Part shown: in pieces, positions 57,020 to 64,000 of the stretch
Position numbering within the stretch: the stretch's first letter is position 1
Layout: each line of letters opens with the position of its first letter
Assembly (NCBI GenBank): GCA_039803205.1
Contig: JBDRYB010000001.1
Location: 23,998 to 87,997, forward strand
DNA length: 64,000 nt
Direction: 5' to 3'
Source of the DNA: a candidate division WOR-3 bacterium
GTDB lineage: Bacteria > Hydrothermota > Hydrothermia > JBDRYB01
Translations under genes and position numbers: made by a program
The notes under the pieces: generated by a model
The model's input: only the letters and a program-made list of their open reading frames with translations
Databases searched by the model: none
Told to the model about the DNA's origin: nothing

Positions 57020-58262
57020 CTATCCATACCCTCTTTGGTTTTGCTTTAAGCGTTTTCCCCAAAAACGGGGTGTTCCTTGAACGGGAAGCGAGATCCCTCA
57101 CCTCCCACTCCTCGTTCAGATCCCACGCTACGAGATCAGCCAGCGCGCCCTCTCTGATGTGCCCGATATCCTCAATGCCGAGAACCCTTGCCGGGCCAAC
57201 CGTGAGCGCCTCAACGAGGCGCTCCAGGGTTATGCGTCCTGGTATAACGAGGTCAGTATAAAGCGCGGAAAAGGCCAGCTCAAGCCAGATCATCCCCGGA
57301 GCCGCGAGTGGAAACTCATATTCCTTGTCCAAGGGGGAATGCGGCGCGTGATCCGTTGCGATGGCGTCTAGGGTCCCATCGCAAAGCGCTTCTATGAGCG
57401 CGGAGCGGTCCCGCTCCTCCCTGAGGGGCGGGTTCACCTTATAGACGGTATCATATGTTTCCAAAAGCTCGTATGTGAAGAGGAGATGGTGGGGCGTAAC
57501 CTCAGCGGAAACAGGAAGCCCCACATCCTTTGCCCTCCTTACGAGCTCAACTGACCCAACGGATGATATGTGTTGCAAGTGAAGCCTCGCACCAGTGAGC
57601 CCGCAGAGAAAGAGATCCCTTGAGACCGCTATGTCCTCGGCCTCCCGAGGAGCTGTCTCAAAACCGAGCTTCAGGGTAATGGGTCCCTCGTGCGCGCAAG
57701 CGTCCCCCGAGAGGGTTTTGTCCTCAGGGTGGGATGCTATTACCCCCCCGATACCCGAGGCGTATTCAAGGGCTCTTCGCATCACGGAGGAGGACGAAAC
57801 CCAGCTCCCGTCGTCAGTGAACATTAGGGCCCCCTCCATGGCCATGAGGCCCATCTCCGCCAGCTCCTTCCCTTCCCTGGCCTTGGTTATTGCGCCTGCT
57901 GGGAGAACCCTCGCTAGATCAGCCTCCCTTGCTCTCTTGATTATGAACTTTACCCCCTCAGGGCCGTCAATTGGCGGCTGGGTGTTTGGCATTGAAACTA
58001 TTGTTGTGTAACCTCCGCGAACAGCAGACAAGGCTCCTGTCTCTATGGTCTCCTTGTATTCTTCTCCCGGCTCCCTCAGGTGCGCGTGCAGGTCAACGAA
58101 ACCAGGCATTAGGGTCAGGCCAGAGAGATCAACGACCTCGTGGCCTCCAGGGTTAATCTCCCCTATCTGAGATATCCTCCCGTTCTCCACGAGGACATCG
58201 CCCTTCCGGTCAACTCCATCGCCCGGAGAAAAAAGCCTCGCTCCTTTAAGCAGAAGACCCAT
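56979..58262 (-). CDS. pyrC: dihydroorotase
   Basis: DLHAHLREPG metal-binding motif, amidohydrolase fold, adjacent to pyrB; start set at Met-9 (track start 58286). Confidence 0.85.
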   Translation of the reverse strand: MGLLLKGARLFSPGDGVDRKGDVLVENGRISQIGEINPGGHEVVDLSGLTLMPGFVDLHAHLREPGEEYKETIETGALSAVRGGYTTIVSMPNTQPPIDGPEGVKFIIKRAREADLARVLPAGAITKAREGKELAEMGLMAMEGALMFTDDGSWVSSSSVMRRALEYASGIGGVIASHPEDKTLSGDACAHEGPITLKLGFETAPREAEDIAVSRDLFLCGLTGARLHLQHISSVGSVELVRRAKDVGLPVSAEVTPHHLLFTYELLETYDTVYKVNPPLREERDRSALIEALCDGTLDAIATDHAPHSPLDKEYEFPLAAPGMIWLELAFSALYTDLVIPGRITLERLVEALTVGPARVLGIEDIGHIREGALADLVAWDLNEEWEVRDLASRSRNTPFLGKTLKAKPKRVWIDGNEKGFEQSLRA

Positions 58263-59196
58263 TTGATTCCTCCTTTGAACCTGCAAGAAGAAGGTAAAGA
58301 ATTGCCATTCTTATCGCTACCCCGTTTGTTACCTGGTCAAGTATGACGGTCTTAACCATCTCCGGAACCCTTGGATCAAGCTCAACCTCCCAATTAACCG
58401 GCCCTGGATGCATGAGTATCACGCCCTCTTTTGCTCTCGCTATCCTTTCCGCGGTTATCCCGAAAAGCCTCCTGTATTCCCGGACCGAGGGGAAGAAGCT
58501 CGCAGAGAGCCTTTCTCGTTGTATCCTCAAGGCCATTATCACATCGGCTTTAGGTATCTCAGCATCTATGTCCCACGAGACCTCAGCGCCCAAACCCCTG
58601 AACTCCTCAGGAACCAGGGGCCTCGGCCCGCAGAGGACGACATTCGCTCCCCAAGCCCTCATCCCAAAAATGTTGCTCCTGGCAACCCGGGAATGGAGTA
58701 TATCGCCCACAATGAGGACCCTCTTGCCGGAGAAATCGCCCATCTCCCTCATCAGGGTGAACATATCAAGGAGGGCTTGGGTTGGGTGCTCGTGAAGCCC
58801 ATCTCCGGCGTTTATCACGGATGCCTGGGTGTGCCTCGCGAGGAAGTGAGGAGCGCCCGGCGCGGAGTGTCTTATCACCACAGCGTCTATCTTCATCGCG
58901 TCTATGTTTCTCAGCGTATCAAGGAGGGTTTCGCCCTTCTCAACGGATGAGCCCTTTTTTGAGACAGAAACCGTGTCAGCTGAGAGCCTTTTTGCCGCGA
59001 GGTCAAAAGAGGCCTGGGTTCTCGTTGATGCCTCAAAGAACATGTTCAATATGGTCTTTCCCCTCAGGGTCGGGAGTTTTCTGATTGGCCTATCGAGGAA
59101 CTCCCTGAAGGTCTCAGCGGTTGAGAAGATGAGCTCCAGCTCTGGTTTCGTTATTCCTTCCAGTCCAACTAGGTCCTTGGAAAAGAGGGTCTCCAT
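58246..59196 (-). CDS. pyrB: aspartate carbamoyltransferase catalytic subunit
   Basis: STRTQ carbamoyl-phosphate binding motif, HPTQ and HPGP motifs; start set at Met-14. Confidence 0.9.
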   Translation of the reverse strand: METLFSKDLVGLEGITKPELELIFSTAETFREFLDRPIRKLPTLRGKTILNMFFEASTRTQASFDLAAKRLSADTVSVSKKGSSVEKGETLLDTLRNIDAMKIDAVVIRHSAPGAPHFLARHTQASVINAGDGLHEHPTQALLDMFTLMREMGDFSGKRVLIVGDILHSRVARSNIFGMRAWGANVVLCGPRPLVPEEFRGLGAEVSWDIDAEIPKADVIMALRIQRERLSASFFPSVREYRRLFGITAERIARAKEGVILMHPGPVNWEVELDPRVPEMVKTVILDQVTNGVAIRMAILYLLLAGSKEESNGSSA

Positions 59197-59270
59197 CAAA
59201 AGCAAATGATAACCCAGACGCAGGCGGCCGTTCAAGTTTATTGCGCCAGAGCCTGCCGAGGGATTAGAAT

Positions 59271-61691
59271 ATGGCGCGGATGGATTGGCTTTTGCCCCTC
59301 CTATACATACTCATTCTGATCGCGGTTCCTTGGGTCCTTCTCGCCGGCAAAAGGGAGCGCATATATCACCTTGTTGCGACGCTCTACATTCTCGTCGGGA
59401 TATTCCTGTTAATAAGCCTCATCTCATACAGGCCGTCTGCCCAGCCCTATCAGAACTGGGGAGGGTTTGTTGGCCACTACTCAGGCGCCGCACTCTACGG
59501 TTCGGTCGGGCTTATAACTGGCCTCGCCCTCGTGTGCCTCTCGTTCGTCGTTGGCGGCCTCCATTTTGCGAAGAGGCTCAGCCTGGGAAACCTTCTGAGA
59601 GGTTTCGGGGTGCTCGCGGCCTTCATATGCATAACATCCATGTTTCCTTCAACCGGCGGAACCGTCCAAAAGGGGTTATCGGGGTGGTTGGCTGGGCTTT
59701 TGGGCTGGGGAAGGTTCCTCCTACTTGGTTTCCTTTTCTTCGCTTTTCTATGGCCATTCTGGTGGCTAGTGAGGCCGGTCAAGGAGGGAATGGCAAGATT
59801 ATTCAGCCGGATCAGGTGGCCGAATACCAGAAATAGAAGGGGATCAACCACAGAGATTTTTGAGATCAAGCCAAGGCCATCCGATAGGATAGAGAGCAGA
59901 ATAGTGAAGGCCGAAAAGCCCGCGGATGCCCCTCAAAACGAACCGGAGGAGGAAACCGAAACCATTCTCGGGACAGTCTGGGATGCACCGCCAGAGGAAA
60001 AGCCTGAGCAGACAGAACCCTCTTATTACTCAGGCCAGAATCTAGACCCAATAACCCTTCTCTCCCTTTTCAACGAGCCTCCGGCCGTAAAAGAGATGGA
60101 CGACTCAGAGGCCAAAAGGATAGCAGGCCTGATAACCGAGCGCCTGAAGGAGTTCGGGGTTGAGGGGAAGATCGTTGATTACAAGAAGGGCCCGGTCGTA
60201 ACCAGATACGAGTATGAGCCAGCCCCAGGGATAAAGCTCTCAAGGGTCGTTGGGCTCGCGGATGACCTCGCTCTGAGGATAAAGGCGCTCTCCGTGAGGA
60301 TGGTCGCCCCTTTGCCCGGAAAGGGGCTTATCGGCATAGAGGTCCCGAACCCAAAGAGGAGGGTTGTTTATTTTAGGGAGCTAGCTGAGAGGGAGGAGTT
60401 TCTCAGGGCATCAGATCCCCTGACATTCGCTCTCGGGGTTGACCCAGGGGGAGAGCCCAAATACGAATCCCTCTCAAGGATGCCCCACCTACTCATAGCC
60501 GGGACAACTGGTTCAGGCAAGTCCGTCTGCATAAACACCATACTCTCCTGCTTCCTCATGGCTTACAGGCACAGGGATATGAGGCTTATACTCGTTGACC
60601 CGAAGAGGGTTGAGCTCTCCTTCTACGAAGGGGTCCCGCACCTCCTCATGCCAGTGATAAAGGACAGAAAGCAGGCAGGAGAAGCCCTGAAAAAGGCCGT
60701 GGCCTGGATGGAGATAAGATACAGGCACTTTGCCAGGGAAGGGGTAAGGGACATAGAGAGCCACAACAGGACAGCCCCATCAAGGGGGGACGACCCTATC
60801 CCATACATAGTCATAGTCATAGACGAGTTCTCCGACCTCATGCTCACGATGGGGAAGGAGGTTGAGGAACCGCTTGCCAGGCTCGCGCAGATGGCAAGGG
60901 CTGTTGGGATCCACCTAGTTGTAGCTACCCAGCGCCCATCAGTTGATGTGATAACAGGAATAATAAAGGCGAACTTTCCCGTCAGAATAGCGTTCAAGGT
61001 CCCATCAAGGGTTGACTCAAGGACAATACTTGATGAGATGGGCGCTGAGAAACTGCTGGGCAAAGGGGACATGCTGTTTATTCCTCCTGGATCAGCAGAA
61101 CCAACGAGACTCCACGGCCCATTTGTCTCCGAAGAGGAAACCACCCGTCTCGCGTCAGCTCTCACCCTTGACTACCTTAACCACAGGCTCGGCGAGGCAT
61201 TCGGAAAGATCAGCGAGGTCTACGATTGGGCCGCCTGGATAGTGAACGAGGGGCTTACGCCGGCTCTGACGAGGGAGGATGAGCCCGGAGCAGAGGACAG
61301 GCTCTCTATGATCGCGGAACGCGGGGCCAGGGTTTTGGGCAAGAATCAGGAGGATATAACCGAAGAGCTCCTCAACATAAGAAACACATATTACATGCCC
61401 ATAGAGGAGATGGAGGAGGCGCCAATAGAGACCCTCTCTGAGGAAGGCGTCACCATCTCGGGCGAGCTAGATCCTCTATTGCCGGAAGCGGCTCGTCTCA
61501 TTGTCTCCAGGGGCCAGGGGAGCGCGACAATGCTCCAGAGGAAAATAAAGGTGGGTTTCGCGAGGGCCGCGCGCATAATGGATCAGCTGGAGGAGCTCGG
61601 GATAGTTGAGCCGGGCGAGGGAACCAAGTCCCGAAGGCCCATCATCTCCCTGGAGGAATTAGAGGCAAAGCTCAGGAGCTTGGGCCTATAG
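59271..61691 (+). CDS. ftsK: DNA translocase FtsK/SpoIIIE
   Basis: N-terminal TM helices, linker, motor domain with Walker A (GTTGSGKS) and C-terminal gamma domain. Confidence 0.9.
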   Translation: MARMDWLLPLLYILILIAVPWVLLAGKRERIYHLVATLYILVGIFLLISLISYRPSAQPYQNWGGFVGHYSGAALYGSVGLITGLALVCLSFVVGGLHFAKRLSLGNLLRGFGVLAAFICITSMFPSTGGTVQKGLSGWLAGLLGWGRFLLLGFLFFAFLWPFWWLVRPVKEGMARLFSRIRWPNTRNRRGSTTEIFEIKPRPSDRIESRIVKAEKPADAPQNEPEEETETILGTVWDAPPEEKPEQTEPSYYSGQNLDPITLLSLFNEPPAVKEMDDSEAKRIAGLITERLKEFGVEGKIVDYKKGPVVTRYEYEPAPGIKLSRVVGLADDLALRIKALSVRMVAPLPGKGLIGIEVPNPKRRVVYFRELAEREEFLRASDPLTFALGVDPGGEPKYESLSRMPHLLIAGTTGSGKSVCINTILSCFLMAYRHRDMRLILVDPKRVELSFYEGVPHLLMPVIKDRKQAGEALKKAVAWMEIRYRHFAREGVRDIESHNRTAPSRGDDPIPYIVIVIDEFSDLMLTMGKEVEEPLARLAQMARAVGIHLVVATQRPSVDVITGIIKANFPVRIAFKVPSRVDSRTILDEMGAEKLLGKGDMLFIPPGSAEPTRLHGPFVSEEETTRLASALTLDYLNHRLGEAFGKISEVYDWAAWIVNEGLTPALTREDEPGAEDRLSMIAERGARVLGKNQEDITEELLNIRNTYYMPIEEMEEAPIETLSEEGVTISGELDPLLPEAARLIVSRGQGSATMLQRKIKVGFARAARIMDQLEELGIVEPGEGTKSRRPIISLEELEAKLRSLGL

Positions 61692-61755
61692 GGTGCATCT
61701 CACGAAAGGTTGGGGAGCTTGATCCGCGCCGGCGTCCGGGCTATAATTATGGCCT

Positions 61756-62493
61756 ATGAGAAGGTTTTTGTTTGCTTTGTCCGCTTTTTTGCTCTCTTGC
61801 TCCCCAAAAGAGGAACCGCCTGAGCCCCAGAGGTATTTCAACCTCACGAAGGGAAACTGGTGGGAGTATGAGACAGCGAAGGGTTTTAAACTGGACACAT
61901 CGTCATGGACCCTGGACTCGGTCACCGAGACCTACCACGAGACCCTTACGATAACAGACGAGGCAGATGGGGTCTATACCTGGGTGATAACCTACTCCTC
62001 AGATACCTTTGCTGATACCATGCAGGCCTTCATCTCCGGGGATACCCTCATGCTCTCAGTGGTAAAAACATTCGCCAACCCTCTGGATCCCACAGATACG
62101 ATAACTGTCTCGGACACGGTTCCCTACGCTCCTTGTCCTCTCGTGGTTGGCATGGCGTGGGGCTCCGAGGAGAAATTCGTCCTCGCCATGGACCTAGATG
62201 GGGACCTCTTGGAAGATTCAGTCTTCTATCACCTAGAGGCAAGGGTTGAGACACAAGCCGATGTCTCTGTTCCAAAGGGCACCTTCAACGCCTTCAGAAC
62301 CCTATACATTCACAAGTTCAGGATAAAATCCACATCCATGGGCCCACTGACCATTGATCTCATCCAGAGGATATGGTGGGTGGAGAGCGTTGGGCCTGTT
62401 CGCTGGATTGACAGGGACTACAGGGAGAACCCAAGCCCTCTTGACGCGCCCTGGCTGGTCAAGAACCTCTATGACATGGGAGGAGGCCAATGA
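61756..62493 (+). CDS. hypothetical lipoprotein
   Basis: Signal peptide with lipobox (LLSC). Confidence 0.5.
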   Translation: MRRFLFALSAFLLSCSPKEEPPEPQRYFNLTKGNWWEYETAKGFKLDTSSWTLDSVTETYHETLTITDEADGVYTWVITYSSDTFADTMQAFISGDTLMLSVVKTFANPLDPTDTITVSDTVPYAPCPLVVGMAWGSEEKFVLAMDLDGDLLEDSVFYHLEARVETQADVSVPKGTFNAFRTLYIHKFRIKSTSMGPLTIDLIQRIWWVESVGPVRWIDRDYRENPSPLDAPWLVKNLYDMGGGQ

Positions 62494-63260
62494 GAGGGAT
62501 TGTTCGTTTCCTGGGATTTGCCGGGGCCACAGCCGTTTCCCTGATCTCGTCCTGCGATTGCGACAAAGAAAAGGCTTTCAGCTATGAGTTCTACCCGTCT
62601 GTAGGAGACACCTGGTATTACAGAGAGGTTGAGGATGAGGCCGCTTCTTATTACCTTGATACCGTTATATGCGTTGGAACAACTGAATATCACGGGATTC
62701 CCGCTTGGCTACTGTTTTCAACCCACAAGAAGGACTCCTCTCAGCACGAGACGACCGTCGTCTTTTTCAGGCAAGACACATTCTACCATTACTCAAGGAC
62801 CACGGGTTTCTTCCCGGAGAGCATAACATACCAGGGAGAAAGGTATGTCTGCACATTCGATCATCCGTTCATAGAGATAGCCTGGCTTCCACGGTATATT
62901 GATATGGGGGATCAGTGGGAGGTCGCTACGGATGAGGGCAAGATAAAGAGGCTCTCTGATGGGCGCACATACGAGCTTACCGCGACCGTGACAGCTGTCT
63001 TTGACTCGGTGCAGAACCTTTCCTTCACGGATACCATATACGACACCCTATTCGGGTCCGATCCCCACACATACAACGAGTGCATCAGGGTGGTTTATAC
63101 GGGGAAATTGGAGTTTGAGGGCATACCCATAGAGCTCATCATAGGCAAAACCTGGTGGATGTCCGGCCCCGGCATGGTAAAGCAATACGCTTACGCTACG
63201 GATAGCTCGGGGAATTACGATCCCCTGGACATGTATCTCCTATATTACTCAGGGGATTAA
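62490..63260 (+). CDS. hypothetical lipoprotein
   Basis: Signal peptide with lipobox (ISSC); 4-nt overlap with the upstream lipoprotein gene. Confidence 0.5.
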   Translation: MRGIVRFLGFAGATAVSLISSCDCDKEKAFSYEFYPSVGDTWYYREVEDEAASYYLDTVICVGTTEYHGIPAWLLFSTHKKDSSQHETTVVFFRQDTFYHYSRTTGFFPESITYQGERYVCTFDHPFIEIAWLPRYIDMGDQWEVATDEGKIKRLSDGRTYELTATVTAVFDSVQNLSFTDTIYDTLFGSDPHTYNECIRVVYTGKLEFEGIPIELIIGKTWWMSGPGMVKQYAYATDSSGNYDPLDMYLLYYSGD

Positions 63261-63269
63261 TAAAGGGCT

Positions 63270-63689
63270 TTGAAGACCCTCTGGCCTCACAGAGGAACGA
63301 TATACTCGGTCGGTCATTCCAACCGGAAAATTGATGAATTCATCGCTATTCTCGTGAAAAACGGGGTGGAGCTGGTCGCTGATGTGAGGCGGTTTCCAGG
63401 CTCAAGAAAGCACCCATGGTTCTGCCGTGAGAACCTTGAGGCCTTTCTGAAAGAGCATGGGATCCGATACATCTGGCTTGGGGAATCGCTTGGCGGGTTC
63501 CGGAAAGGAGGATACGAGAAATACGCTAAGACGGAGGAATTTGAGAAGGGCTTGAAAGATCTTGAGAACCTAGCGGAGGAACACCGGGTCGCGTTCATGT
63601 GCGCGGAGGCTTTTGAGGGCAAATGCCACAGAAAGCACATAGCGCGCGAGCTGGAGGCCAGGGGATGGGAGGTTATACGAATAGGCTGA
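63270..63689 (+). CDS. DUF488 family protein
   Basis: IYSVGHSNR N-terminus and conserved pattern of DUF488. Confidence 0.5.
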   Translation: MKTLWPHRGTIYSVGHSNRKIDEFIAILVKNGVELVADVRRFPGSRKHPWFCRENLEAFLKEHGIRYIWLGESLGGFRKGGYEKYAKTEEFEKGLKDLENLAEEHRVAFMCAEAFEGKCHRKHIARELEARGWEVIRIG

Positions 63690-63730
63690 TGTTGTTGAAG
63701 CCATATCCCAGCATAATTTATAATTAGAAC

Positions 63731-64000
63731 ATGCTCTTCTGGAGGAAGAAGAAAAAGCCCCTGGAGGCCAAGAAGACGGAAGCCCCTGAGGATGCTTGGG
63801 TAAAGTGCTCGTGCGGAGAGGTTCACTACAGGGCCCAGCTTGACAGGAACTGGTGGGTTTGCCCAAAATGCGGCGCTCACATGCGCATTCCCGCTAGGAA
63901 GTTCGTTGAATACCTCCTGGATGGCGGAGGGTTCAGCGCGGAGATAGCGCCGAACCTGGTTCCAACCGATCCACTTGATTTCCCCGAATACAAGGAAAAG
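63731..64000 (+). CDS. accD: acetyl-CoA carboxylase carboxyltransferase subunit beta, N-terminal part (truncated by window end)
   Basis: Manual translation MLFWRKKKKP...CSCGEVHY...WVCPKCGAHMRIPARKFVEYLLDGG with the AccD zinc-finger. Confidence 0.8.
   Translation, partial: MLFWRKKKKPLEAKKTEAPEDAWVKCSCGEVHYRAQLDRNWWVCPKCGAHMRIPARKFVEYLLDGGGFSAEIAPNLVPTDPLDFPEYKEK

Noticed and set aside
59285-59836. 183-aa alternative-frame ORF inside ftsK
   Set aside because: Overlaps the ftsK N-terminal membrane domain in another frame; Arg/Pro-rich composition typical of GC-rich off-frame translation.

Overview
This 64 kb window looks like chromosomal DNA from a high-GC, probably anaerobic, uncultivated bacterium, densely coding on both strands. 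All calls rest on reading the six-frame translations for motifs; no database search was run. Housekeeping content includes the ribosomal alpha-operon tail (rpmJ-rpsM-rpsK-rpsD-rpoA-rplQ), purN/purS/purC, tsaE, asd, eno, gap, pyrB/pyrC, thiL, nth, ftsK, a partial accD, one tmRNA and one tRNA-Leu. Accessory content includes two AT-richer restriction-modification pairs (one beside the tmRNA gene), four radical SAM enzymes, and a sulfide-type homocysteine biosynthesis trio (DUF39, NIL-ferredoxin, UPF0280). The most interesting region is 28.6-38.8 kb: two paralogous TPR plus winged-helix regulators with near-identical 3' ends, each divergent from a secreted beta-propeller gene whose promoter carries 11-bp-periodic direct repeats, plus a repeated hairpin terminator family. 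A second candidate is the 23.5-27.5 kb locus pairing a PhaR-like regulator with two radical SAM enzymes of unknown function. No CRISPR array, integrase or transposase was recognised.
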